A DNA stretch of 64,000 nucleotides from Candidatus Limnocylindrales bacterium (GCA_038915815.1 JBCLCL010000002.1:33521-97520); one strand, 5' to 3'; shown: positions 36,518 to 45,525, counted from the first letter of the stretch. The notes: generated by a model from the sequence alone, not told the origin. Numbers and translations: made by a program.

Positions 36518-37225
36518 GTGACACAGCGACCGGGCTTCACCCACCGGCCCGAGCGGCATGGACTGGTGGGGCCGTTCAGCGGTCGGCAGCTGCTTGCGGC
36601 CTTCGGAGCCGTGGTCGTCGCGATCGTCGTCCTCGCGGCGATCACCACGCCGCTCGGTAACACCGCGAGCGGGCCCGGGACGGTGGACCCGCGCCCGACC
36701 CAGTACATCATCGGACCGGCGCCGCAGGAGGGACTCCAGCCCGGTGACCTAGCGCCGGAGTTCGAGGCCACGCTCGACGACGGTTCCACCTACCAGCTGA
36801 CCGACCTCGACGGCGCGCCGATCCGGCTGGCCGACCTGCGCGGCAGGGCCGTCTGGGTCAACTTCTGGGCGACCTGGTGCCCGCCCTGCCAGCAGGAGAC
36901 CCCGATCATCCGCGAGCTCGCCGAGCGCTACGGCGACGCCGGGCTCGTGGTCGTCGCGATCGCGGTGCAGGAGACCTCGCCGGCCGACATCCGTGCCTAT
37001 GCCGAACGCTACGACCTGGGCTACACGATCGGCTTCGATGCGTCCGGCCACATCTTCCGCCGCTACCGCGTCTTCGGGCTGCCGACCCAGTTCTTCATCC
37101 GGCCGGACGGGGTGATCGACTCGGTCGGCAAGACCGTCGATGAGGCGGCTGCGATCGCCGGGATCGAGGCGATCCTGCCGGCCGCCGGGGTCGATCCCAG
37201 CCCGGGCGCCAGCCCGACACCGTAG
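36518..37225 (+). CDS. TlpA/ResA-like membrane-anchored thiol-disulfide oxidoreductase
   Basis: An N-terminal TM helix and VNFWATWCPPCQQETP (thioredoxin fold, WCPPC). The GTG start directly follows the ccdA stop. Confidence 0.85.
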   Translation: MTQRPGFTHRPERHGLVGPFSGRQLLAAFGAVVVAIVVLAAITTPLGNTASGPGTVDPRPTQYIIGPAPQEGLQPGDLAPEFEATLDDGSTYQLTDLDGAPIRLADLRGRAVWVNFWATWCPPCQQETPIIRELAERYGDAGLVVVAIAVQETSPADIRAYAERYDLGYTIGFDASGHIFRRYRVFGLPTQFFIRPDGVIDSVGKTVDEAAAIAGIEAILPAAGVDPSPGASPTP

Positions 37226-37237
37226 GCCGGAGAGGGT

Positions 37238-38104
37238 TCAGTCCGCCTCGTAGCGGAAGCGGTCGCGGTCGCGGACCAGTCGCCCGATCGGCCGCTCGCG
37301 TTCGTGCGACAGGACCACGATCCAGCCCTCGTCGGCGGCCTGGGCGAACAGATCGGCCTTGCGCACAACCGAATCGAGCGGGAAGTCGTCGAACGCGCTG
37401 ACCCAACGCGGGTTGGCCGCCCACGGCCGCATCATCAGGTCCCCGAAAAAGGCCAGCGTCCGACCGCCGGCTCCCCCACCCCGTACGACCACAGCCTGGT
37501 GCCCCGTGGAGTGGCCGCCCGTCGGCACCACGGAGACGCCCGGCAGGATCTCGCGCTCTCCCTCGACCCATCCCTCCGCGCCCCAGTCGCGGACCAGGGC
37601 CAGCTCGGGCTGCACGTACGAGGCGACCAGGCGCGGGTTATCGCCCAGGGCGACCTCCCACTCGGCTCGCTGGGCGATGATCGAGGCGCGCGGAAACGCC
37701 CGCTTCCCATCTGCCCGCAGCAGCCCGCCGGCATGGTCGAAATGGAGATGGCTCATGGCCACGATGTCGACGGTCTCCGGCTCGAACCCCGCCGCCGAGA
37801 GCGCCGGCACGATCGCCGGTCCCTCGTAGACCCGCATCGCTCGGGTCTTCTCGTCGACCCGTTCGCCGATCCCGGTCTCGACCAGGACGCGCCCGGCCGA
37901 CGTCTCGATCAGCAGGCAGTTCAGGGCCTGGAGCAGGCGCCGATGCTCATCGACCTCGTCGCCAACCAGTCCGCCCCACAGCGACCAGGGCACGGGGCCG
38001 AACAGCGCGCCGGCGTCCGAACGGAACGTGCCGGCCTGGACCAGGGCGACCCGCACGCCACCGCCCAGCTCCCGGGCCCAGTCAACCGCATCGTTGATCG
38101 CCAT
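37238..38104 (-). CDS. MBL-fold metallo-hydrolase
   Basis: VAMSHLHFDHAGG (HxHxDH) and the later GGHSTGH. Confidence 0.82.
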   Translation of the reverse strand: MAINDAVDWARELGGGVRVALVQAGTFRSDAGALFGPVPWSLWGGLVGDEVDEHRRLLQALNCLLIETSAGRVLVETGIGERVDEKTRAMRVYEGPAIVPALSAAGFEPETVDIVAMSHLHFDHAGGLLRADGKRAFPRASIIAQRAEWEVALGDNPRLVASYVQPELALVRDWGAEGWVEGEREILPGVSVVPTGGHSTGHQAVVVRGGGAGGRTLAFFGDLMMRPWAANPRWVSAFDDFPLDSVVRKADLFAQAADEGWIVVLSHERERPIGRLVRDRDRFRYEAD

Positions 38105-38107
38105 GGC

Positions 38108-38707
38108 CTACGACCGCGACGGATCCCCGGTCCCGCGCCCGGCGTCGAAGTCACGGTGGAAGGCGGACGCGGTCGGCTCCGACTGCCCCTGGTACTTCGA
38201 CCCGAGCTCGGGCGACCCGTACGGTCGCTCAACCGGGCTCGACATCTTGAAGAAGCTGATCTGTCCGATCCGCATCCCGGAATAGAGCGCGATCGGCAGG
38301 TTGGCCACGTTGGACAATTCCAGGGTCAGGTTGCCCTTCCAGCCGGGATCGACGTAGCCGGCCGTGGAGTGAATCAACAGGCCGAGGCGGCCCAGGGACG
38401 ACTTCCCTTCTAAGCGCGCGACCAGGTCGTTGGGCAGCTCGACCCATTCGTGCGTCTGGCCAAGAACGAACTCGCCCGGATGGAGGATGAACGGCTCGTC
38501 TTCCTCGATCGTCAGCAGCTCGGTCAGGTCCGGCTGCGGAGCGCGCACGTCGATGAACGCGTAGCGATTGTTGCGGAAGACGCGAAAGCGCCGGTCGAGA
38601 TGGAGATCGACCGACGACGGCTGGAGGTCGTGCGCGTCGTACGGCTCGATCCTGACCGTGCCGGCCTCGAGTGCACTCCGGATGTCGCGGTCGGAGAGGA
38701 CGCTCAT
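38108..38707 (-). CDS. dcd: dCTP deaminase
   Basis: [10 protein letters not shown]..., [36 protein letters not shown] and YQGQ. The ATG at 38707 overlaps the nrdR stop (ATGA). The 39091 ORF-track start runs through nrdR and is rejected. Confidence 0.92.
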   Translation of the reverse strand: MSVLSDRDIRSALEAGTVRIEPYDAHDLQPSSVDLHLDRRFRVFRNNRYAFIDVRAPQPDLTELLTIEEDEPFILHPGEFVLGQTHEWVELPNDLVARLEGKSSLGRLGLLIHSTAGYVDPGWKGNLTLELSNVANLPIALYSGMRIGQISFFKMSSPVERPYGSPELGSKYQGQSEPTASAFHRDFDAGRGTGDPSRS

Positions 38708-39180
38708 TTCGGGAAGCTCCCGCTGCCCCGCTCGGCGTAGAGCGAGTCGACCTCGCGCTTCAGGGCCTCGAGGTCCTCGAAGCTCTGGTAGACGCTGGCG
38801 AACCGGATATAGGCGATCTGGTCGATGCCGCGGAGCTGCTCCATGGCGAGGGCGCCGATCCGCGACGACGGTACCTCGCTGACCCCGGCCGAGCGCAGTT
38901 CGGCCTCGATGGCGTCGGCTGCCTCCTCCGCGGCGCCATCGGCGACCGGTCGTCGGGTCAGCGCCTTTCTCAGCCCGGAGACCAGCCGCTCCCGATCGAA
39001 CTCCTGGCGAGCGCCGTCGCGCTTGATCACGATGAGCCGGGCGGCCTCGACGCGCTCGTAGGTCGTGAACCGGAAGGTGCACCCGGCACACTCGCGCCGG
39101 CGACGGATCGTGGCCGAGTCATCGAGGTCTCGCGAGTCGACGACGCGGGTCTCACGCTCGCCGCACTGGGGGCAGCGCAT
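38704..39180 (-). CDS. nrdR: transcriptional repressor NrdR (zinc ribbon plus ATP-cone)
   Basis: [45 protein letters not shown] followed by an ATP-cone ([16 protein letters not shown]...AYIRFASVY). The ATG at 39180 has AGGAG 6 nt upstream. Confidence 0.93.
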   Translation of the reverse strand: MRCPQCGERETRVVDSRDLDDSATIRRRRECAGCTFRFTTYERVEAARLIVIKRDGARQEFDRERLVSGLRKALTRRPVADGAAEEAADAIEAELRSAGVSEVPSSRIGALAMEQLRGIDQIAYIRFASVYQSFEDLEALKREVDSLYAERGSGSFPK

Positions 39181-39202
39181 CGCTCTCCTGGTGGTGGCGG
39201 AT

Positions 39203-39220
39203 ACCACAAGGGCTTGTGGT
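39203..39220 (-). promoter_or_regulatory. NrdR-box-like palindrome 1 (ACCAC-N8-GTGGT)
   Basis: ACCACAAGGGCTTGTGGT lies 23 nt upstream of the nrdR ATG. Its arms match the CAC...GTG arms of the NrdR box consensus as I recall it (acaCwAtATaTwGtgt). Confidence 0.55.
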
Positions 39221-39233
39221 GCAGGCCGAGGAT

Positions 39234-39251
39234 ACCACTAGATGGTGTGGT
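39234..39251 (-). promoter_or_regulatory. NrdR-box-like palindrome 2 (ACCAC-N8-GTGGT)
   Basis: ACCACTAGATGGTGTGGT. Both boxes are preceded by AT. The centre-to-centre distance to box 1 is 31 bp, about three helical turns, the typical tandem NrdR-box arrangement. Confidence 0.55.
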
Positions 39252-39783
39252 CAGAGGCGACTTCATCCGGCGTCAGGTCCTCGGCACGAAGAGCATGCCG
39301 CGCGAGCGCCTCGCGAGCGTGGATCAGGTTCAGATAGCCGCGCTTGATCGAGGTCTGGGCTTCCAGGTCCCGGCTCCCGCGCCGCGATGAGGTCAGCATG
39401 TCGGCGCCGTGCTCGACCATGCCGAGCGCTCGACTCGCCCGCTCGAGCTCGGCGGTGAGGTCGTCCCGGATCGCCTGGGCACGGCGCGGCCCCTTGAGAC
39501 TCCGGGCTTCATCGACATAGCGTGCCAGTGCCTCCGCTACGTCGGCGACCGCCTGGCCGATCAGTTCGGGGCCGGCCTGATGGTGGCGGACGGCATCGAT
39601 CTGCTCGGTGGCCGACCCGAGGGACGCGTCGATCCGGGCGGCCAGGTCCTTGACGCCGCCCCGAAAGCGCTGGATCTCGCGCGCCCGTGCGGCGAGCCGG
39701 CTCGTCCCGCGGAAGACCACGACGAGGCCGGCTGCCAGCGCGATGAACGCCATGATCGGCAGGAGGACGATCGCCGATTCCAC
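39238..39783 (-). CDS. hypothetical membrane-anchored coiled-coil protein
   Basis: 181 aa. An N-terminal TM helix (IVLLPIMAFIALAAGLVVVF) then helical Ala/Arg/Glu-rich sequence. GC3-rich codon usage is consistent with coding. No family was recognised. Confidence 0.55.
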   Translation of the reverse strand: MESAIVLLPIMAFIALAAGLVVVFRGTSRLAARAREIQRFRGGVKDLAARIDASLGSATEQIDAVRHHQAGPELIGQAVADVAEALARYVDEARSLKGPRRAQAIRDDLTAELERASRALGMVEHGADMLTSSRRGSRDLEAQTSIKRGYLNLIHAREALARHALRAEDLTPDEVASDHTI

Positions 39784-39804
39784 GGGGGCCCCCGGGTGCC
39801 GCGC

Positions 39805-40791
39805 TCAGCCCGGTCGGGCGCGCAACTGCTCGAGCAGCGCGTTGCCGACCTCGAACAGGTCGCCGACGATCAGGAGGTCGGCGAAATCGGCGATCGGCGC
39901 ATCCGGGTCGCGGTTGATCGCCACGATGCTGCCGGCGGTCTGCATCCCGACCTTGTGCTGGATCGCGCCGCTGATCCCGAGCGCGAGGTATAACTCCGGC
40001 TTGACGATCTTGCCGGTCTGGCCGACCTGCTGGCTATAGCCGATCCAGCCCGAGTCCACCGCGGCGCGGGTGGCTCCGACCGCTCCACCGAGTGCCGCTG
40101 CGAGCTGCTCGACGACACGGAAGCCGTCCGGCCCAGCCACGCCGCGACCGCCGGCGACGATGATCCGTGCCTCCTCGATCGGGGCGGCGGCGCCGACCTC
40201 ACTGACCCGCTGGACGACCTTCACCGCGGGGAGTGCCGGACCGGTCACCTCCCGGGATTCGATCCGCCCGGTCGAGCCGGCCGGCTCGGCGGTCACGACG
40301 TTCGGTCGGACGGTGACGATGCCGCGCCCACCACTGAATCCGGACGTCGTCAGGATCTTGCCGCCGAACGCGCTCATCTCGACCGCGAGTCCGGCATCGG
40401 ACCAGGCGGCGGCCGTCGCGCCGGTGAGCACCCCGAGACCGGTGAGCGCCGAAAGCGCGCCGGCGAGATCCCGGCCGTCGGGGCCGGCGCCCACGAAGAT
40501 CGCGTCGGGTCTCTCCGTCGGTCCGGCGGCGGCCAGCAGCCCCGAAACCCGGGCCGCTGCGGGCGCGGACCAGGCATGGTCGGCGGCGGCCGGGTCCGTG
40601 ATCGCCAGCACGACCGGCAGAAAGTCGGCCAATCCGCTGGCCGCCGCGGTCGGCTCCGCTGCGACCACGACGCCGACCACGTTCCTCCCGCCGGCAGCCC
40701 CGAGTGCGCGCGCCAGTGTGGCCACTTCGGTGCTGATCCGCGCCAGCCCCCCGTCCGGACCGAGCTCACCGACGACCCACAGGTCGCCCAT
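39805..40791 (-). CDS. etfA: electron transfer flavoprotein alpha subunit
   Basis: The ATG at 40791 gives MGDLWVVGEL.... The C-terminal FAD-binding region is IIVAGGRGV, ATRAAVDSGW, QVGQTGKIVKPELYLALGISGAIQH and IVAINRDPDAPI. There is a TGATG junction with etfB. The 41301 ORF-track start is out of context. Confidence 0.92.
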   Translation of the reverse strand: MGDLWVVGELGPDGGLARISTEVATLARALGAAGGRNVVGVVVAAEPTAAASGLADFLPVVLAITDPAAADHAWSAPAAARVSGLLAAAGPTERPDAIFVGAGPDGRDLAGALSALTGLGVLTGATAAAWSDAGLAVEMSAFGGKILTTSGFSGGRGIVTVRPNVVTAEPAGSTGRIESREVTGPALPAVKVVQRVSEVGAAAPIEEARIIVAGGRGVAGPDGFRVVEQLAAALGGAVGATRAAVDSGWIGYSQQVGQTGKIVKPELYLALGISGAIQHKVGMQTAGSIVAINRDPDAPIADFADLLIVGDLFEVGNALLEQLRARPG

Positions 40792-41585
40792 CAGATCAGC
40801 CTCCGCTGGGCCAGGAACTCGACGATCCTCGTCGCCCCCTCTTGGGCTGTGCCCCGGATGACCTCCGTGGCCGCGCGGGTCGGTGGCACCTTGGTGGCGA
40901 GCACCGTCGTGGTCGCCGCAGCACCGCCGACGGTCGTGCTGTCGATCCCCAGGTCGGCGAGCGAGCGCGTCGCGATCTCCTTGGCACGGGCCGCCATGAT
41001 CCCCTTGAGCGACGGATAGCGCGGCTCGCCGAGCGCCTGCGTGCAGGAGATCAAGGCAGGCATCGCGGCCTCGAGCAGGTCGTACCCGGTCGGACTGATC
41101 CGCCGGACCCGCACCAGCCCGGCCTGCTCGTCCGGCTCGATCCGGGCGGCATACGAGAGGAAGGGCAGGCCCAGGCGGGCGGCGACGGCCGCCGGGACCG
41201 TCCCCCCCACCCCGTCGGAGGTGTCGATCCCAGCCAGCACGAGGTCGAACTCGAGTCCCTCGAGGGCAGCGGCCAGGACCCTGGCCGTGGATACGGCGCA
41301 CGATCCGGCCAGGGCGGGATCCGTGACGTGGATCCCGCGGGTGGCGCCCATGGCCAACGCCTTGCGGAGGGTCTCGGGGGCCGAGGCCGGCGCCATGGAG
41401 AGGAGCGTGACCTCGCTTCCCTCGCCGGCGGCCGCGGCCAACTTGAGTGCCGCCTCAAGGGCGTACTCGTCGTTGCCGTTGACCACCGCGGGCGCTGCGG
41501 CCCGATCGAGCCGGTCGTCCGGACCCAGGCGTTCGCCCCCGGACGCCGGGTCTGGAACGGGTTTGACGAGAACGACGATATGCAC
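40791..41585 (-). CDS. etfB: electron transfer flavoprotein beta subunit
   Basis: MHIVVLVKPVPD..., NGNDEYALEAALKL, LVLAGIDTSDG and PRYPSLKGIMAA. Confidence 0.92.
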   Translation of the reverse strand: MHIVVLVKPVPDPASGGERLGPDDRLDRAAAPAVVNGNDEYALEAALKLAAAAGEGSEVTLLSMAPASAPETLRKALAMGATRGIHVTDPALAGSCAVSTARVLAAALEGLEFDLVLAGIDTSDGVGGTVPAAVAARLGLPFLSYAARIEPDEQAGLVRVRRISPTGYDLLEAAMPALISCTQALGEPRYPSLKGIMAARAKEIATRSLADLGIDSTTVGGAAATTTVLATKVPPTRAATEVIRGTAQEGATRIVEFLAQRRLI

Positions 41586-41608
41586 GAGCTGGAGATCCTC
41601 CCTATCGG

Positions 41609-42802
41609 TCAGCCGTCGTTGCCAAGCAGCGCGCGCGCGATGACGAGCCGCTGGATCTGCTGGGTCCCTTCGTAGATCTGGGTGATCTTGGCGTCGCGCA
41701 TCATGCGCTCGACCGGGAAGTCGTCGATGTAGCCATAGCCGCCCAGGACCTGGACGGCGTCCGTGGTGACCCGCATCGCCGCGTCCCCGGCCACGAGTTT
41801 ACACATCGCCGACCAACGAGCGGCGTCGGGCGAGCCGGCATCGATCTCGACGCAGGCCTTGTAGAGCAGCTGGCGGGCCGCTTCGGTGGCGGCATCCATG
41901 TCGGCCAGCATCGCCCCGATCAACTGGAAGTCGCCGATCCGCTGACCGAACTGGCGTCGCTCGGCCGCATAGCGCGTCGCGACCTCGAGGGCGCCCTGGG
42001 CGATCCCGACGGCCTGGGCGGCGATCCCGGGGCGACTGCGCTCGAAGGTTCGCATGGCGATCGCGAACCCGTCGCCCTCCACGCCGACCAGGTTGGCCGC
42101 CGGAACACGGACAGCGTCGAAGGCGAGCTCGGCGGTCGGGCTCCCGCGGATCCCCATCTTGTGCTCGAGGCGCGAGACGGAGAAGCCGGCTGCGGGGACT
42201 TCGACCATGAAACACGACATCCGTCGGTGACGAGGCGCGTCAGGGTCGGTGACGGCGAAGACCGTGATCAGATCGGCCACCGAGCCGTGGGTGATGAACC
42301 GCTTCGACCCACTGATGACGTAGTCGTCGCCGTCGCGCACGGCGCGAGTGCGGCCCGCCGCGGCGTCGGAGCCGGCCTCCGCCTCGGTCAGCGCGAATGC
42401 GATGAGGAACTCCCCGGACGCCAGCCTCGGGATCCAGCGGGCCTGCTGCTCGGGCGTGCCCGCCTGCAGGAGTGGCAAGGCGCCCAACGCGTGGACCGCG
42501 AGGATCAGGCCGGTCGTGGCACACGCTCGGCTCAGCTGCTCCACCGCCAGGCAGACCGAGAGCAGGTCTCCGCCCAGGCCGCCGTGCTCGACCGGGAATG
42601 GCAGGGCCAGGATGTCCTGGGCAGCCAGCAGCTGGCGCAGATCCTCGGGGAATTCGGCGGTACGGTCGATCTCCGCGGCGCGCGGCGCCACGCGCTCGTC
42701 GGCAACCACGCGGACGGCGTCGCGCAGGAGTCGCTGCTCCTCCGTCAACCGATAGGGGCCGTGGGTCGAGCTCGAGGCGGTCACCGCGGCCGATCGTAGC
42801 AC
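41609..42802 (-). CDS. acyl-CoA dehydrogenase
   Basis: LTEEQRLLRDAVR, FALTEAEAGSDAA, GSKRFITHG, QFGQRIGDFQLI and YEGTQQIQRLVIAR. The start is GTG at 42802 or GTG at 42784. Confidence 0.9.
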   Translation of the reverse strand: MLRSAAVTASSSTHGPYRLTEEQRLLRDAVRVVADERVAPRAAEIDRTAEFPEDLRQLLAAQDILALPFPVEHGGLGGDLLSVCLAVEQLSRACATTGLILAVHALGALPLLQAGTPEQQARWIPRLASGEFLIAFALTEAEAGSDAAAGRTRAVRDGDDYVISGSKRFITHGSVADLITVFAVTDPDAPRHRRMSCFMVEVPAAGFSVSRLEHKMGIRGSPTAELAFDAVRVPAANLVGVEGDGFAIAMRTFERSRPGIAAQAVGIAQGALEVATRYAAERRQFGQRIGDFQLIGAMLADMDAATEAARQLLYKACVEIDAGSPDAARWSAMCKLVAGDAAMRVTTDAVQVLGGYGYIDDFPVERMMRDAKITQIYEGTQQIQRLVIARALLGNDG

Positions 42803-42877
42803 CCGGCCGGGCCGAACCCTTGAGCGAGCATTCCGTGCGTCGTGGTCACGGCCGGCGGTTTCGATCCACTGACGCGT

Positions 42878-43020
42878 GTGATCCGTGCCGGCATCACGGT
42901 CGAGACAGATGAGCGTGACGCAGGCCGAGTCCTGTCGAAACTCGACGGCAGCCGTGCGTGGCTGGCTATTGAATGATGCGCTCCAGCATCAGGCCGCCGA
43001 CGGGCGGATGGACGCTCAGC
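42878..43020 (+). repeat. conserved intergenic element, copy B (candidate structured ncRNA)
   Basis: It is homologous to 18203-18344 (minus strand). It lies in the divergent spacer between the acyl-CoA dehydrogenase start (42802) and a small zinc-ribbon gene (43163). Details are in the findings. Confidence 0.75.
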
Positions 43021-43162
43021 CCCGACCCGCGGGACGGACGTTGCGACAGGTGCGTGCGGGGGCATGGTCCATCTTGCCCTTGGCCGGACCCCGCGCGTAC
43101 CCTGTTCGCAGCCGGCAGCCGCCGCTCCGAGGGCCGCGGCTCAAGCCAGGCGAGGTGCCGCC

Positions 43163-43384
43163 ATGGATCAGACGCAGCAACTCCTGGCGATGACGATCGC
43201 AGCTGGCGTCGGCATCCTTGCGACGCTCGTGATCCTGCGCAGGCAGCGGCGGGCCCAGCAACCGCCGCCCGAGTCGAGGTTCGCGGCCTCGACCGAGGGC
43301 GAGAAACTCTGCCCCGAATGCGGGATGGGGAGTCTCTGGACGGACGACCACTGCATCTCGTGCGGGGCGAAACTTCCGGGCTGA
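43163..43384 (+). CDS. small membrane-anchored zinc-ribbon protein (73 aa)
   Basis: The ATG at 43163 has GAGGTG 6 nt upstream. It encodes a TM helix (LLAMTIAAGVGILATLVIL), then RRQRR, then CPECG-(12 aa)-CISCG. It occupies otherwise empty space between convergent and divergent neighbours. Confidence 0.55.
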   Translation: MDQTQQLLAMTIAAGVGILATLVILRRQRRAQQPPPESRFAASTEGEKLCPECGMGSLWTDDHCISCGAKLPG

Positions 43385-43407
43385 GCCGTCCCGCGACGCT
43401 TCGACCG

Positions 43408-45525
43408 CTACCCGATCACCGGCAAGCGCCGATCTGCCGGCGCGGCGGCGATCCGGGCGGCCAGGATCTCGCTGACGTCCATCGTGGCGACGGACGTGCC
43501 CTCCGCGGCCGCCAGGCCGTCGGTCATCATCACCATGCAGAACGGGCAGGACGTGGCCACCGTTTCGGCGCCCGTCTCGAGCACCTGGCGAGCGCGCTCG
43601 GCGTTGATCCGTGTGCCGCGCGTCTCCTCCATCCACATCCGCCCGCCGCCGGCCCCGCAGCAGAAGGTCTGCTTGCCACTCTTCTCCATCTCGGTGATCG
43701 TGACGCCCGCCGCCCCGAGGACGGAGCGCGGCGCGGTCACCACGTTGTTGTAGCGGGCCAGATAACACGAATCGTGGACGGTCACCGATCCCGGCCGATG
43801 ATCACCGGTCGTCGAGGCGGCGTCCTCCGGCAGCGTCGCAAGGCGGCCCGACGAGACGAGTTCGGCGAGGTAGGTGCTGTGATGGAGGATCCTGAACGCC
43901 CCGCCCAGCTGGCCGTACTCGTTGCCGATCGTGTTGAAGCAGTGCGGACACGCGGTGACGATGGTTCGTTCGCCCATGCCGTAGCGGTTGAGCGTCTCGA
44001 CGTTGCCGGCCGCCAGGATCTGGAAGACGTAGTCGTTGCCCATCCGGCGGGCCGGGTCACCGGTGCACGACTCTTCCTGGCCAAGGACCGCGAACTCGAC
44101 GCCGGCGGCGTGGAGACAGGTGGCCACGGCTCGCGCGACCTTCTGATTGCGCGGGTCGAAGGCCGCCGCGCAGCCGACCCAGTAGAGGACCTCGAGTTCG
44201 CCGAGCCGGCCGGCGGCGGCGACCTCGGCGACGATCGGCACGGTGAACGGGAGCCCCCTCGTCCATTCGGTCCGGGCACTCGACGGCTGACCCCACGGGT
44301 TGCCCTGGGTCTCCATCGCCCGGAAGGCCGGGGTCAGCTCCTGCGGGAAGCGGCTCTCCTCGAGCACGAGGTTACGGCGCAAGCCGACGATCTTGTCGAC
44401 GTGCTCGATGAGCACCGGGCAGGCCTCCACGCATGCGCCGCAGGTGACGCAGTCCCAGACCGCGTCATAGGGGATGGCCGTATCGACGATCGGCCTTGCC
44501 AGCGCCGCGGCGGACGGACTGGTGTCGTCGAGACCGTACGTCTCGCGCACGATCGGCGAGTTCGGGATCAGGTCGATCCCCTGCTCGGCATCCACCGCCA
44601 TGTCGCGGATGCCCATGATGAATGTCTTGGGATTGAGCGGTTTGCCGGTCGCCCAGGCGGGGCAGGCCGCCTGGCAGCGACCGCATTCGGTACAGGTGAA
44701 GCCGTCGAGCAGATCCTTCCAGCCGAGATCCTGGAGTGTCCTGAGGCCGAAGGTCGCGCTTTCGTCCTCGAGGTCCATCTGGGGCAGTTCGCCGCGCGGG
44801 GCGAGCTTGCGGAACAGGATGTTCGGGAAGCTCGTGACGATGTGGAGGTGCTTCGAGAAGGGCAGGTAGCACAGGAACGCGGCGACCAGTCCGATGTGGC
44901 CCCACCAGAGCAGCGCGAACGCCGCTTCCAGGACCACCGGAGCAAGGCCGCGTAGCGGGATGGCCAGCGCGTTCGAGACGAAGGCGCCCGCGATCTCACC
45001 GTAGCGGGCCACCTCGAAGATCTGGGCGACCAGTTCGGTGGCGACGACGCCGCCGATCATGCCCAGGATCAGCAGGGCGTCGCGGTTGAAGGTCAGGCGT
45101 GCCGGGCGGGTGACCAGTCGGCGCACGTATGCCCAGGCGATCGCCCCGAGCACGATCAACGCGACGACGTTCTGCATCGCGCTGACGGCCGCCCAGAGCA
45201 GGCCCTCGAACGGGGCCGCCGCGATCTTCTGGATGATCCCGCCGGTGACGATGTCCGCTGTCCCGATCGTCAGCAGGATGAAGCCCCAGAAGATCCCCGC
45301 ATGCATGAGGCCCGCCCGAGGGTCCTTGAACATCTTCGTCTGGACGAAGGCGTACTGGACCAGGCCCCCCAGGCGGGCGGGGACGTTGGCGAACGGGCGC
45401 GACGGTCGGGCGACGGCGAAGATCCGCAGGTGGCGGCCCATCGCCAGCGCGAAGAAGGCAGCCGCACCCCAGAAGACCGGGAAGACGAGCAGGTAGGCCG
45501 GGACCTCGGCGAACGGCTCGGACAT
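43408..45525 (-). CDS. membrane-bound (Fe-S)-binding oxidoreductase, EtfD / HdrD-GlpC-like (N-terminal multi-TM domain, two 4Fe-4S motifs, two CCG domains)
   Basis: 705 aa. About six N-terminal TM helices. CTECGRCQAACP and CVTCGACVEACP are ferredoxin motifs. CPHCFNTIGNEY and FCCGAGGGRMWMEE are CCG-type motifs. It lies near etfBA and an ACAD gene, as with M. tuberculosis EtfD (Rv0338c), from memory. Confidence 0.85.
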   Translation of the reverse strand: MSEPFAEVPAYLLVFPVFWGAAAFFALAMGRHLRIFAVARPSRPFANVPARLGGLVQYAFVQTKMFKDPRAGLMHAGIFWGFILLTIGTADIVTGGIIQKIAAAPFEGLLWAAVSAMQNVVALIVLGAIAWAYVRRLVTRPARLTFNRDALLILGMIGGVVATELVAQIFEVARYGEIAGAFVSNALAIPLRGLAPVVLEAAFALLWWGHIGLVAAFLCYLPFSKHLHIVTSFPNILFRKLAPRGELPQMDLEDESATFGLRTLQDLGWKDLLDGFTCTECGRCQAACPAWATGKPLNPKTFIMGIRDMAVDAEQGIDLIPNSPIVRETYGLDDTSPSAAALARPIVDTAIPYDAVWDCVTCGACVEACPVLIEHVDKIVGLRRNLVLEESRFPQELTPAFRAMETQGNPWGQPSSARTEWTRGLPFTVPIVAEVAAAGRLGELEVLYWVGCAAAFDPRNQKVARAVATCLHAAGVEFAVLGQEESCTGDPARRMGNDYVFQILAAGNVETLNRYGMGERTIVTACPHCFNTIGNEYGQLGGAFRILHHSTYLAELVSSGRLATLPEDAASTTGDHRPGSVTVHDSCYLARYNNVVTAPRSVLGAAGVTITEMEKSGKQTFCCGAGGGRMWMEETRGTRINAERARQVLETGAETVATSCPFCMVMMTDGLAAAEGTSVATMDVSEILAARIAAAPADRRLPVIG

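Noticed and set aside
38108-39091. A 327-aa ORF, and likewise the 498-aa ORF at 39805-41301 and the 554-aa ORF at 46716-48380.
   Set aside because: The N-terminal extensions overlap nrdR, etfB and the TIGR01906 gene respectively and have no family similarity. Internal starts with 1-4 nt stop/start overlaps give canonical Dcd, EtfA and MoeA N-termini.
42973-44955. A 660-aa plus-strand ORF.
   Set aside because: It is an antisense shadow of the EtfD-like gene (43408-45525, minus strand), which has clear Fe-S and CCG motifs. The product is Arg/Gly/Pro-rich low-complexity sequence. The same reasoning applies to other long shadow ORFs, for example 4170-5888 (-), 8092-9009 (+), 11807-12646 (+), 37304-38413 (+), 46230-48605 (+), 54789-56165 (+) and 60205-61815 (+).
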